Positions 1-12,576 are shown, numbered from the stretch's first letter. The stretch is DNA of 23,871 nt from Bugula neritina (GCA_964035545.1 CAXIUT010000087.1:1-23871); one strand, 5' to 3'. The notes: generated by a model from the sequence alone, not told the origin. A program made the numbers and translations.

Positions 1-105
1 CCCAACCCCAACCCCAACCCCAACCCCAACCCCAACCCCCAACCCCAACCCCAACCCCAACCCCAACCCCAACCCCAACCCCAACCCCAACCCAACCCCA
101 ACCCC
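1..105 (+). repeat. Left telomere, (CCCCAA)n
   Basis: Tandem CCCCAA from base 1, starting CCCAA, with one C5 and one C3 variant unit. Tetrahymena-type ciliate telomere repeat. Confidence 0.98.
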
Positions 106-355
106 ATTATTTGTTTGAACAATATTAAATTGATAAATTAAATCATATATTGAATATAATAAATGGATGACAGCTTTATCTGGTCTGACATATTTGATAA
201 ATTTATATTATTTTCTAAATTATTCTAAACATTATCTAAAATATTAATAGAAAGAACTATTTTGGTATTACGAGTCATAATTGAATAGATTTCACTGTTA
301 TAACCAAATTGAATCTTAATTAAGATTATAATAATTTAAAGATTAACATCAAAAA

Positions 356-763
356 ATGTACTTCCAACCTACCCCTATGATTTTTAACTTCAATACATAT
401 ACTTTCTTAGGATATCCCCAAAATCAACCTCTACTTCAGAATGAACAAGAATTAAATCAAATATCTTTTAATCCCAATTCACAATCTGTTGACTCAAGAT
501 TAGAAAATCATTCAGAAAAGAAAAATAGCTCAAACGAAAGATAAACACTCTCCAATGAAATCAAAGTTGAACACCCAGATGATAGATCTTAAGAGCCTCC
601 AAAAAAGAGAAAATACAGAAAGAGAAGAAGAAATCTCAAAAAAAATATCATCTGTAACGTAAGAGGATGTCCTTCCTGCTTCTCCTCTGATATGGCATTT
701 AGAAATCATCAACGAAAAAGGCATAATATTAAAAAAAGACCCCAAAGTCATCTTTTGATATGA
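356..763 (+). CDS. Small C2H2 zinc-finger protein, putative transcription factor (135 aa)
   Basis: With TAA=Glu the 62-aa ORF extends to TGA at 761-763. It contains a basic NLS-like PPKKRKYRKRRR followed by C-NVRG-C-PSCFSSDMAFRN-H-QRKR-H (CX4CX12HX4H). Confidence 0.8.
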
Positions 764-1639
764 TTATCTTATGCTTATGGCTTCTTAAGATTGAATTTAT
801 AAAATAAAAAGCAATTGAAAACTCATCAAACTAAAGTAATTAAAAATAAGTAAAAATGACATATTTGACAAATAGATTCTTAGTTATTTCATTTTAAAGT
901 GTTTATATTTGCATTATCTTGCTTCTTTATTTTTTTATCTTTTTACAATACTATCAAAACAAAACAAAATCAAAAATAAGATAAATAAATAAATTACGAC
1001 TAGATAGAAGTTTTTATTTCATAGTATTATCTTATTTTATTCATCTATTCTCATATTCTAAAAGCTCTCTTGACTTTGAATTGAATTTGTTGTTTTAGTT
1101 TATAATATAAGAAGAAGAGCAATAAAAATAAATATAATATAAGATGATTCTTTCACGTAAATAAAACATTCTGTTGCATTTTTGATTATTTTTGAACTAT
1201 TATTTTGATGATTTTATATTTTTTATGTTGAATATGATGAATATCTTAGCCAGATGACCCACATGAATAAAAAACACTGTTCTGAGTTTCAATAGTATTT
1301 AATCTTATATTTATTGTGATTGCAGAATCAATTAAAGCTATTCTTTGTAAAATCGTATGTATATCATCATATAACATCATGCCTCCAGATAGATAAAAAC
1401 AGATCTAGGATTTATTATTTTGAAAAAATAATTCAAAATTCATAATCTTACCATATAGATTTATTGATAAATAATTTTCCATCTTGATAGATGCATAAAA
1501 AGTATAAATTACTTAATAAATAAAAATAAATTAACAAACATTGAATTAGAATAAAACTTCAATAAAGTGACTCTAATGGTCATAGATGATATTTATTTTA
1601 TTGATATTAAGTTTAAAAAATAATATTCTATTCTATTCT

Positions 1640-2978
1640 ATGTAGAAAAAAAAGAGTAACTCTTCAACAGCTGACAATCTCAGATAAAGTATTGCTCAAA
1701 CAGCTAATCATAATTAATCTATATCGAAATAACAAATCCTCAATGGATCGGCCAATCAGAGATTCTTCAAAAGAATAGCAGGTATAGATCTTGCGATGGC
1801 AACTCTACTTATAGGACAACTTCTTCTCTTCTATTGCTACGTACTTTCAATAATATTTAGTTTTTAGCTATAAATAGTAGGAAAAAATACCTATGCTGGA
1901 TGGTTTCTCAGAGGAGGTAATATATGTGGAGCTTTCTGCTGCCTATTATTAATCATGAGGTACTTTTAACCTTGGAGTAAACAGTAAAGATGGAATGGAA
2001 TCAACGATAGTGTCCTGGGATTAATCATTAAAATCATTTTATGCCTAGTAATGCCTTATGATTTTATGAATAGTGTAATGCTCGAACTTTCTTATGCTGA
2101 ACCTTCATCCAATAGTTATGTAGATTATGTTGACAAACTTAACTATTTTCTGATCATTCTAGCATGCTTAAGAGTTGTCTTTTTTTGGTACTATTTTTCT
2201 TACACAAACCCATTATATGTCTCCAAGAGCAGGAAGAATAAATAAACTCTATGGATCTTATAATGGAGTCATGTACTGTTTGAAATCAATCTTTAAAGAT
2301 AACCCTTTCTCATTTATCATGGTCATTTTTGTCCTCTCTCTTGGATTATTCACATTTTCTTTTAGAATAGCAGAGCATATACTTTACACAACTTCGGCTT
2401 CAACAACTTATTCTAACATGGTCTGGATGACAGTTATCACCATGGACAACTGTAGGATATGGAGATTTTTACCCTAAAACAGAAATAGGAAGACTTATTG
2501 GTGCTCTATGTGTAACCTGGGGAGTCCTTATCGTATCTGTGATGGTTGTTGTTCTTACAAATGCATTTGCAATGAATAGAAGTAAATAATCCTTAACTTA
2601 GATTAGTCACAAACTCTAAATATTTTAAAAGACTGGAAACTCACTCTGATTTAAGGAAGGCAGCAGGAGAGTTTATAAGGTAAAAGTGTATGGAGGATAT
2701 GGTCTAATTATAAATAAAAGCTTCGTCGACGTGAGAAGTTAAAAGAAAGAAAATTAATGCTTCGATTTAGACACTTTAGAAGAGTTAAGGATATGGCAAA
2801 TATCTCAGAATCATAAATAGATTTTTACAATTAGATGACAAGATAGTTTGAGAGAGCCTTTGTTAATCTTTAAATCTTGACTGAAAATAATATGATGATT
2901 TTAAATCACCTAAATGAGCGGTATATTTTCCAAAATAATCTATAATCAAAAGAGGAGTCACAAGAATAAACAATCTGA
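1640..2978 (+). CDS. Potassium channel, small-conductance Ca2+-activated (SK/KCNN-like) family
   Basis: After correcting an extra G near 2443: WMTVITMTTVGYGDFYPKTEIGRLIGALCVTWGVLIVSVMVVVLTN (pore TVGYGD plus S6). Upstream TM segments and SPRAGRI...FRIAE are present, followed by a basic C-terminal tail. Needs about 4 single-base indel corrections and the intron at 2582-2601. Confidence 0.85.
2582..2601 (+). other. 20-nt spliceosomal intron in the K+ channel gene
   Basis: gtaaataatccttaacttag; GTA..AG; the unspliced frame runs to an early TGA. Confidence 0.75.
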
Positions 2979-3104
2979 ATTGTGAAAAATTGATCTTCTA
3001 TTGCTAATTTAGATTAAAAAAATTCAATATTATTCTTCATAATATGAAAAATTATTTATGCCACTTATTAAGATAAACTTTCAATAATTATAATATATAA
3101 TTCA

Positions 3105-3538
3105 ATGGCAAAAATATAACATAACCATAATATGTAAAGTAATTAAATTGAAGAAGAAGATAACAGGAAATACAAACACATCAACTTTGAAGTATTTATC
3201 TGTTAAATAAGTTAAGAATGAACCTTATTAGAAAAGTTGAGGAAGAAGGGGTTTCGATCTATAGAGCTTCAAAATTATTGGACATCAAAAACTGTACAGC
3301 TAAAGCAATACTTCGACAGTATAGAAGAAAAGGCCACATTTTCAAGAGAAAAGAATAAGAAGGAAAGAATGAATAAATTAGGGATAATTTTTTGAATAAT
3401 ATCATTTCTCCAGAAGCCTAAAACTTAAATGAAGTTCGTTAAGAAGCTAGGATATTACCAGTTGAACTTCAAAATCCTTTCCCTTGGAATTTTTACGGAT
3501 ATATTCCTTATTAGAGCTAATTTTCCTTATTTTACTGA
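3105..3538 (+). CDS. Helix-turn-helix (homeodomain-like) DNA-binding protein of a ciliate-type family
   Basis: LRMNLIRKVEEEGVSIYRASKLLDIKNCTAKAILRQYRRKGHIFKR fits an HTH pattern. Ends at TGA 3536-3538. The 5' part needs indel correction near 3180-3210, so the start is approximate. Confidence 0.65.
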
Positions 3539-4219
3539 TGACAAAGATCTAATGATGTCTATGCATAAATAAATAAGTTTATAAGTATTAAAAGTTAGTC
3601 CATAAGATATCTAGCCACAACAAGATTTCCTCTTTGATGATTTCATAAAACTAAATTACTTTTTTCTGAAAAACTTTAAAAAAATATATTGTCATGGATC
3701 TTGTTCAAAAAAAAAATAGTGATAGCCAATATCTTATAGAGAATAAAATATATTTTGCTTTATCATAATAAAATGTTATCAATAAAGCCACAACTTATTT
3801 TGATAATTTTTTGACAATAACATCATGGATCATGATCTTGTCATCTGTCAAATAAAAAAATCTAGAAATAACTAATAGGGTCATATTCATGATATTTTTA
3901 ATAAATTAAATAAAGATGATAAAAAGTAGTTGAGAAAGATTCTTTTCAGTCCCTTAAAACATAATCTATTATTATTTATAATTTTTATCATAAAAGAAAA
4001 GATAGTATTTCATATTTATCTGAATAGAAATAATATATTCCTTCTTTTTAAAAATGATTTTTCTTTCATTTGTAAAACATTTGAAGAATTAATATTTTAT
4101 TTGATAATAATAACCTCTTTTAATGAGTCTAAATTATTTCAAAAGAATTTATCTTTTTCTAAAGATCATATTTGCATTTATTTTTTATATATTTATTAAT
4201 ATTTTTTTGTGAAGGGAAG

Positions 4220-4627
4220 ATGGGATGTTGCCCTTTTTACAAAAGAAATGTTCAAGTATCTGATGGAGCCCTATCCAATTCAGATAAACCAATAGTTTAA
4301 TTCAAAAAAATATAATAATAGACTCCTGAGTCACCTTTACAAAGTTCAGAAACAAAAAAAAATAATAAGAATCTTGTAGATAAAATTCTTTAATCATAAA
4401 AACAATTATAAGCTCAATCAAATCTTAACATAATTCTCTCAGCATAGCATTCAAATGAAGGATAATGTTCCAGCAATGAACCATAATTTATGTAGCATCC
4501 AGGATTCAATTTACTCGCACATTCGAATATTCGATAGTCTATCATATATAGATGGGAATCTCCCTAATTCAAAATAGAAGAACTCATTAATTCAGTAAAT
4601 TATGACAAACTATTTAAATAAAACTGA
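4220..4627 (+). CDS. Hypothetical protein with MGCC N-terminus (predicted myristoylation/palmitoylation), 135 aa
   Basis: Uninterrupted ATG..TGA frame under table 30: MGCCPFYKRNVQVSDG...YDKLFKEN*. Confidence 0.65.
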
Positions 4628-4776
4628 CTTTTTGTCTTGAAATCTTGATTTTTTTTAGTATTTTCAAACAAAAAAATTTATGAAAAAGATATAAAAAAGT
4701 CTCAATTCTTTAATATAACTTAATTTTATCTAACCTATATTTAGTATTACATCATACTTATATAAACTTTGACCAA

Positions 4777-6742
4777 ATGGAAAAAATTATTGAGTTATAG
4801 CGCAGCAAATCAAACCTTTGTCCTGATGTTCTTGGATCATTTTCTTTACGGTGAAAAATATTATAGGGATCTTAAACAGCATCTTGAAGCTGGACCCACT
4901 TTACCATATACTCCAAACATCTACAACAAAAACAGACTAGAACTAATAAAAGATGCCTACAAATATTTACCATTGATATACAACTACAATGTCCATCATT
5001 TTAATAAAAGCAAACATGAACATCTTAAATCAGATTATTCTCTTTTAACTAACCCACACCAGATGCCTGGAGGAGTTCATTTTGGAATGTTTGTTAAGTA
5101 TATATAACTAATGGGGACAGAAGAACAAAAGAAACTCTATCTTCATAAAGCAATGTCGTGTTAGATCATGGGATGCTATGCTCAAACTGAAGTTGGACAT
5201 GGTTCTGACATCAGAAGTCTTGAAACAACAGCTGAATACGATCATACAACTAAAGAGTGGATCATCAACTCACCAACTATTAGCTCAGCCAAATATTGGC
5301 CAGGAGAGCTCTCTGTCCTTGCAAACTATGCTATCGTTTTTGCTCAAACTCTGATTAAAGGCAAAAATCATGGAGTCAATCCCTTCTTAGTTGAGATAAA
5401 AGACAAAAATTATAACTGGTTGCCAGGAATCGAAGGAGGTGACATTGGACCTAAGATAGGTTTTCATGCAAAATAGAATGGCTATATGTTCCTCAGAAGT
5501 GTAAGAATTCCTAAAAATAATCTGTTTACAAAATATGCTGAAGTTACTGATGCTGGATAGTTTTAGACAGGTGGGAGACCCAAGGATAGGATATGGAACT
5601 ATGATGTTTATTAGAGAACTTATTAGCTGTGCTTGTCCTAAGGTTTATGCCCAAGCTATTATAATTTCTGCTCGATATTCTCTTTTCAGAAAGCAAGGTG
5701 TGGGTCATGATAAGAAGTAAAATACTATCATCTAATATCAAACTCAACAGGAAAAAGTTATTCCAAGAATAGCTGAATACTATGCTATCACACTAGCAGG
5801 CAATAAAATAAAGATGTAAGTTAAACAAATTCAAAGAAAGTGGTAAAAAGTGATTTTTCTTTACTTCAAGAGACTCATTCAAATCTTGCTTTTAGTAAAT
5901 GCTTATTTAGCTAATTAGCTCAAGATGGAATGGAAATTCTTAGAAGATCATTAGGAGGTCATGGAACTTCTTATTATTCAGGAGTACCCCAACTTATGAA
6001 TGAATATGTTGCCAATAATACTCATGAAGGATAAAATACTGTAATGTACCTTCAGACAGCTAGATATATCTTAAAAGGATACCTTGGACATATCACAAAA
6101 GGAAAACCTCTTACAGATAGCATCAAGTATATCAACCGTTTCCAAGAGTTATCAGAAGTGCAGTTTGCTGGAAAGAAACCTTGGACGATGGAAGAGTTGA
6201 GAGATGTATTGATCAGAGCTATAAGTCATATCCTTGGTTTGATAGGAACTAGAATATCAAAACAAAGAGCTTGGATAAACTGAAGCTGACATTATCAACT
6301 ACAAAACTGGAATCAGACTCCAACAACTAGCTCAACTTCATGGAGTTCACTTCATGGTTCATTAGTTCATCGAAGCTATCAAGAGATAGAAGAATGATAG
6401 CATCAAGCCTCTTCTCACTGACTTGTGTAAACTCTTTGCAGTAGGACAGATTCAAAGACTAGCTGAACCTATTATCGAAGGAGGATTTGTTTGTCCTGTA
6501 AAATGGTCTATGCTGAATGTCTAGAAGGAAGGAGCTTTGAAAAAGATAAGACCTGAAATAGCTATACTGCTTGACTCTTATGGAATTCTGATAAGTTCCT
6601 TAGGTCTGAGCTGGTTCGTGGAAATCCTTATGAAAACTTTTTGAACAGAGCTCGAGAATGTGATATCAATACCAGTGTGACAGAATCAGCTTTGGAAGTA
6701 GGAAAAATAAAAGAAGTACTAGCTGCAAAACCACGTCTATGA
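4777..6742 (+). CDS. ACOX: Peroxisomal acyl-CoA oxidase
   Basis: Motifs VHFGMF, GCYAQTEVGHGSDIRSLETTA, SAKYWPGEL, GDIGPKIG, RRSLGGHG and THEGENTVMYLQTARY. C-terminal PRL resembles a PTS1. Five single-base indels (~4835-4843, ~5561, ~5816, ~6265, ~6588) must be corrected. Confidence 0.92.
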
Positions 6743-6935
6743 TAAATTCAAGAAAATCTCTCTTAAATATTTTATAGTGATTAACAATCAATAAAACTAT
6801 TCTTTAATTCTTTGTCGAAAAATAAAGAATAATTGAATATTTATAGTTTTGAATATTTCAAAAGTCAAATATATAAAGTGCGGTTAAATCTTAAATTAAT
6901 CAATTCAAATTAACAAAGGTATATCATTTAGAAAC

Positions 6936-7948
6936 ATGAACTCTATTTTCCTTGACTCTCAGGTTTAAGAACCCATTCTCACTGCAAACCCTCAACGTTT
7001 CGTTCTCTTTCCCATCCAATACCACTCCATCTATGAAATGTACAAGAAGCACTTGGCTTCTTTCTGGACTGCAGATGAGGTTGATCTCTACCAAGATAAT
7101 AAAGACTGGCAGAAATTAAATCAACAGGAAAAACACTTCATCAAGAATGTGCTTGCCTTCTTCGCAGCTTCAGATGGAATTGTTCTTGAAAACTTGGCAG
7201 AGCAGTTTTTTTCAGAAGTTCAAATACCTGAAGCGCGCTGCTTTTATGGATTCCAAATAGCAATGGAAAATATTCACTCTGAAACCTACTCTCTCCTGAT
7301 TGACACCTACATCAAAGATGCAAATGAAAAGAACTTCCTTTTCTCAGCAATCACTAACATCGATGTGGTTCGAGATAAAGCTCAATGGGCAATGAAGTGG
7401 ATGAACAAAGAAAAGTCTTTCCATGAAAGATTGATAGCTTTCGCAGCTGTAGAAGGTATTTTCTTCTCAGGATCTTTCTGTGCTATCTTCTGGCTCAAGA
7501 AAAGGTCACTGATGCCTGGACTTACTTTCTCAAACGAACTCATTTCAAGAGATTAAGGACTTCATACTGACTTTGCTTGTCACCTCTATTCTCTTCTGAA
7601 GAACAAACTTAAGCCAGAACTGATTCAATAGATCATCCGAGAAGCAGTAGATATTTAGAAAAAGTTTATTTCTTAAAGTTTGCCAAGTGACCTCATTGGA
7701 ATAAACTCAAAAGTAATTCTTTTTTTATTTAGATGATGACTCAATATATTGAATGTGTAGCTGATCGATTGTTGATGGCTCTTGGTGCTCCTAAACTATG
7801 GGGAAGTAAAAATCCTTTTGACTGGATGGAAATGATTTCTTTGCAAGGAAAGACCAATTTCTTTGAGAGAAGAGTTGGATAGTATCAAAAGTCAGGTGTT
7901 ATGACTTCTAAAGAAGATAAATAGTTCAAATTAAATGCCTAGTTTTGA
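6936..7948 (+). CDS. RRM2: Ribonucleotide reductase small (R2) subunit, 330 aa, one intron
   Basis: [64 protein letters not shown][TAA=E]GLH, GKTNFFEKRVG. Length minus the 20-nt intron is 993 nt, in frame to TGA. Confidence 0.97.
7713..7732 (+). other. 20-nt spliceosomal intron in RRM2
   Basis: gtaattctttttttatttag; removal restores LIGINSK|[14 protein letters not shown]; retention gives an immediate TGA. Confidence 0.93.
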
Positions 7949-8093
7949 TCAATATATTCTCGATTAATAATAAATTTCTAACTTTAATTAATACTTTTGC
8001 TAAAACTAAATTATCAATCCTATTTTAGGCTTATTAAAAGTATGATTAAGTCAAGATTTAATCACCATATAATTATATAGAATTATAGCAAGA

Positions 8094-9050
8094 ATGATTG
8101 ATTAAATCGCAATTACTTTCCTCGTGGTTTTGATCATAGTTGCTCTCTGGTTGATTCAGCCTTATAAAAACTGGAAAAAGAACTTTGACTCTCGTCAATA
8201 TTAGCCTATCTCCATAACAGATCGTCAACGCACTAAACATACTTTAGCATCTTACACGTCATTCAAAGAAAAAGATAGTAATCCCTAAATCTCTCTTGTT
8301 GTTCCTGCTTATAATGAAGAAGAAAGAATTCCATTAATGTTAGCAGATGTTGCTGCTTTCTTTAAACCAAAAGGAATTAACCATTAAATCATTGTCATTA
8401 ATGATGGGAGCAAAGATAAAACTACTAGTGTTGCTCTTTAGCAAGCAGATCAACTCAATCTCAATCTTATTGTAGTATAATACCCAAAAAATAGAGGAAA
8501 AGGAGGAGCTGTAAGAGCTGGAATGTCTCTTGTTAGAGGATAATATTCTTTGATGTTGGATGCAGATGGAGCTACTACCTTTTCAGAGTTGTAAAATGTT
8601 TGGAACAAATTGAAATAACTAAAAAAATAGAAAAAAACTGAGTTAGTTATGGTAGTCGGATCAAGGAAATTAAACTAATAAGAAGGTAAAGTTCAAAGAA
8701 AATGGTATAGAAAGTTTATAGCTTTTGTATTTAAATGTGTGATAACTTTCCTTCTTGGAATAAAAATCAAAGATACTCAATGTGGTTTTAAACTATTTAC
8801 GCGAGAGGCTTCCCAACTTTTGTTTAAAACTCTTCACATTTAGCGATTCGCTTTTGATGTTTAATTATTTTTCCTATGTAACAAATTTGGAGTACAAGCA
8901 GCTGAAGTAGGTGTTTAATGGAGAGATGTTGACGGTAGTAAACTCAGTATTGTTGATGCTTCAGTGAATATGTTCAGAGATGTTCTTATGATTCGGTTTT
9001 ACTACCTTTTGGGATTATGGAAATATTCAGATTCTGTTCAGGTCAAATGA
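8094..9050 (+). CDS. ALG5: Dolichyl-phosphate beta-glucosyltransferase (GT2 family), 318 aa
   Basis: N-terminal TM, SLVVPAYNEEERI, EIIVINDGSKDKT, NRGKGGAV, LDADGAT, GSR, DTQCGFKLF, LHIERFAFDVELF, VDGSKL. Intact 957-nt frame under table 30. Confidence 0.92.
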
Positions 9051-9106
9051 TTAAAGATGAAAATATGTTAACTATTTAATTAATAAAAGTAATATTAATT
9101 CTAATA

Positions 9107-9873
9107 TCAAACTTCTATTGAATCGATTTAATTCAATAGTTCTTTATATTGTGATTTCATTTATTCGAATAGTTTTTCAACTTTATTTCTCATTTTTTTT
9201 GATCTTTAAAGAATTTAGCTATGATTACTGATCAAAGTAGGAATAGGCACTGCTGAGTTGACTACTCTCTGCACTTGATTTAGGTTTTAAAGATAGTTTT
9301 CTAGTACATTAAGTTCATCAGTTAGTCCTAGATATCATCAAAACTACCTTGAGTATTAGTATAAACTTCATATAAATAAAGTTGTTTCATGTATTATTCG
9401 CGTTCATCAAGATTAACACTATACTGAATGATGTTGTTTGTTATTGATTCTATTGATTTTGCCCTAAGCATGTCAGATAGTTTCTTCTGAAGGTTCTTTA
9501 TTCTGTCTACAACTGTTCCACTTTTCTCTGTTTTTTGTTTGTGAACTTAGTAACTAGTTACTTTAGACTCTAAACGTTAAATTCTTTGTTAAAGCTCCAA
9601 TATTTCATTCGGAATGGAAAGAGATAAAGTAAACTTTTAGCTTTAAACTTCAGCTTCTTTGAAGTTTTAAAACAAAGAAACATTTTTTTTATTTGCTTTT
9701 TCCTATTTTTATATTTTTAAAGCCTGAATTCGTGATTTAATATGTGATAGCCGATCCTGAAGATTGCCTTTTGCTTCTAGTTATACTCCTTAGTATTCTT
9801 TTATCTCTTAAATAACATTTTCTGGATGTTTATTTCCTTAACAAATGAAGTAGTCACCATCTCTAACAATCAT
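9107..9873 (-). CDS. Coiled-coil protein, weakly reminiscent of dynactin p50/dynamitin
   Basis: MIVRDGDYF...LQDRLSHIKSRIQAL...ILELEQRIERLESKV...GTVVDRIKNLQKKLS...LYEVY. Needs the intron at 9328-9347 and about 2 indel corrections. The family assignment is only a by-eye resemblance. Confidence 0.55.
9328..9347 (-). other. 20-nt spliceosomal intron
   Basis: Minus strand gtagttttgatgatatctag; removal joins NTQ-G-LTDELNVLE and extends the coiled-coil frame. Confidence 0.7.
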
Positions 9874-10066
9874 TTTTGGTTTTTGTAGAGTTTGATATTA
9901 ATTAAATATATAGAATTCAAGTAAATTTGATTTAAAATATTTAAACTATTAAAATAATAACACTAACTTGGAATCAATAAATATTAATCAGCTGAAGAGA
10001 TATTATGATCAATTGATTTAAAAAAAGTTTAATAATAATAATTAATAATAAAATAAAATCTCAAAC

Positions 10067-10682
10067 ATGTTTCGCGATCATCTTTCAAATGATATTGTTC
10101 CTCTTAGTTCTGAAACTTCTTTGAAAATTACTTTTTCTCAAGGAACTGATATAACTGAAGAAGTACCTCTTTCTAAACAGTTTTCTCTTAGTCGATGTGT
10201 CTCTTCATAATCTCTATCAGAAGAAGTAAATCATTCGAAAGATAACCGAATCTTTGCTCGTTACCTCTTTTCTCAAAATTAAAGATAAGAAAAGTTAGTC
10301 TTTGAAGAAATGTAGTAACATTATCAAAATATTTAAACATCTAACAGCAATAATTTATTTACTCTAGCTTTTTAAAAAGAAAAGTTAAAATGAATAAGGA
10401 TTAATTCTTGAATACTTTATTGAGAATTGGCTTTATTTCATAGGTTATAAAAGTAATAGCAATAAAAAATACTTTTTCAAAAGAGCTAAAGTTCTTGGAG
10501 GAGATTAGCATTTATATAAACTCACTAAAATATATCGACATCTTGAACTACTAGGATTAAGTCGCAATTAATTAAGAACTTTTCTTCTTCAAACATGTAG
10601 AAATGGATGGGAATATTTCACTAAAGAAGTTGTTAAAAAAGTTATTGAAGGATAAATAAAATAATCAAAATGTAGTTTTTGA
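10067..10682 (+). CDS. Hypothetical protein
   Basis: ATG 10067 frame plus a downstream frame ending at TGA 10680-10682 (ENWLYFIGY...HLYKLTKIYRHLELLGL...GWEYF), joined by one inferred indel near 10355-10375. Confidence 0.5.
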
Positions 10683-10729
10683 TTTTAATAATGTTTTTTT
10701 GTCAGATTGTCATTATTAATCGTAATCAA

Positions 10730-11547
10730 TCACTTAGAAGTTGAAAGCAACTTTGATTTTCCCAAAAGAAGAGGAGAACCTTGTCCTCCTTTACTTCTGA
10801 ACTGTCCACGGAAAGCTAATATTTCTTTATCATGATTGGCTTTCAGTTCTTTCTCTATGTTACGGTATTTCAAGTTTATTCTTGATTCTTCACGACCTCT
10901 TTCTTTGTTTTGCTCGTCCAAGTCCTGTGCGAATTTTCTTTTGAAGAGAAGCTAGTTCAGTTGCTTGTTTGGCTCTCAATGTGTTGCAAGATGTTTCTAT
11001 CTTGATGTTTCTGGCATTAATCCAAGCATCTTTTTCACTCTTTTCTAGTTATTGTAAACGAACCTGTACTTTGTGAGCTTCAGTATACCTAAATATCAAA
11101 AAAGATACAGTTTTTGTTTTGCCATTTGTTCTTCCATCTTTTTCAAATTCAAGAACTCCGAACTTTCCTTTACCTTATATGGCAGTTGCTTTTCCATATC
11201 ATTTTTTAGGTTATCAATTTCATTTTGATGTCTTGCCTGCATGTCTCTTGCCAACTTTTACCCTTCTTGCTCATACTCTGAAATCTTTTTGTCCCAAAAG
11301 TTATTGAATGTTTTGAGTTAGTCTTGATGAGTGTGAGCCAAGTCATTGTTTTCGTGGTTGTGTCTTTGTTCCATTTCGTAGACTCTTCTGGCTTCTAGAT
11401 CTTTTTTCAATTGTTCAGAAGTGACTCTCAGATTTTTATGCCTAGACATAGTTTGCCATTCTTTTGGTGTTCATACATTTGAGAAAGAGTTTGGTTAAGG
11501 AGAGTATCTAGCTCATCAGCTGATTTGTTTATTCTAAACTCACTCAT
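10730..11547 (-). CDS. Uncharacterised coiled-coil protein of a protist-type family
   Basis: NYVEAEK...FNNFWDKKISEYE...SSEFLNLKKMEEQMAKQKLYTEAHKVQ...KYRNIEKELKANH; TGA at 10730-10732. One 20-nt intron and about 3 indels. Confidence 0.75.
11089..11108 (-). other. 20-nt spliceosomal intron
   Basis: Minus strand gtatcttttttgatatttag; removal gives AKQK-L-YTEAHKVQ. Confidence 0.85.
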
Positions 11548-11699
11548 TGTTGTAACTTCAATAAAATTATAGAACAAATCTTTTATTATCACAGATAGGA
11601 AATCCCATTTTAATCAAATAAAATAAAAATAATGATTTTGACTTTTTTGATATTTATATTCTGATATATTGGAGATGATAATTAAATATTTATAAAGGA

Positions 11700-12576
11700 A
11701 TGTTTTCAGGAGTTTGGAATTACTTTTTCAGTTAGAAGATAGTCGATAACTAAGAATTTGTTCGGATGACCTATAGATCAAATATTCGTAAACTACTCCC
11801 TACAACTAAGTATTCTTCTGATACTGGTTGGGGATGCATGCTAAGAGTTCTTCAGATGGCCATTGCCAATCTCTTATGTCGCCGTGAAGGAGCTATTTTG
11901 AAAAATATTCTCTCCTTATTCTGGGATAATAGTGATATGCCATTTTCGATACAAACTTTAACCCAAGTCTCAAAATAAATTTTTCCACATAAAAAAGACT
12001 GTTAATGGTACACTCCAAGTTAGGCTGGATTTCTGATGCAATATGTTCTCTAAAATTTTAATCTAACTTATCGTGTTATGGTTTGCAATGATGGCAGTAT
12101 ATTTCTAAATTAAATACCAAGAGATAGATAAAATGTGATAGTGCTTGTAATGGCCAGAATAGGGCTAGATAAACCATAACCTTAGTATCTAAATACTGTT
12201 ATTGAGATCATGGAAAGCAAATATTTCTTTTCAATACTGGGAGGTACACCAAGATATGCTCATTTATTTCTCAAACATAAAGAAGGCTATTTAGGTTATC
12301 TAGATCCTCACTAAACAAAAAAAGCAGCTGAAGAAGGTTGGTAGCTTCAAAAAAAGCTACATGAATACTCAGGAAAGTTATAATGGTTAAAAAAATAAAA
12401 AATATGTAGTTCTATGTGTATAATGTTTGTTATGAATAGAGATTAGATTGATTCTTTTTGGAAATAACTTCAAGATATCAAAAAGAAATCTGGCGATGGA
12501 TTTTTTCTATATATTGCAGAAGAAAAAACCTGTCTACTCATCATAAGATCTTGTTTAAATAATCTAACTATAATGA
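11700..12576 (+). CDS. ATG4: Autophagy cysteine protease ATG4 (peptidase C54)
   Basis: MTYR, SDTGWGCMLR (catalytic Cys), WYTPS, RIGLDK, ILGGTPRYAH, YLDPH (catalytic Asp/His). The 3' end assumes one extra A near 12525; otherwise the stop is near 12626. Confidence 0.9.

Noticed and set aside
106-150. Conserved chromosome-breakage motif next to telomeres (TTGAA / ATTGAT)
   Set aside because: ATTGAT occurs within about 40 nt of all four ends but at different distances, which is expected in DNA this AT-rich.
1841-1860. Seventh 20-nt intron (gtactttcaataatatttag)
   Set aside because: It matches the consensus, but the frame from 1640 to 2051 is already open without splicing. It would need an extra indel in the following T run, so it is not listed as a feature.
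3105-3538. HTH gene as a Tc1/IS630-type transposase
   Set aside because: No DDE domain or terminal inverted repeats; the ORF ends soon after the HTH.
5473-5487. TAG could encode Asp, since ACOX K[TAG]NGY aligns with the usual DNG and RNR VG[TAG]YQK can be D
   Set aside because: Other TAG sites need Glu (AVDI[E], LHI[E]R, WA[E]L, L[E]RS). A D-to-E substitution explains these cases more simply.
4777-6742. ACOX as a pseudogene
   Set aside because: Motifs and the PTS1-like tail are intact, and neighbouring genes show the same indel pattern, which favours sequencing error.
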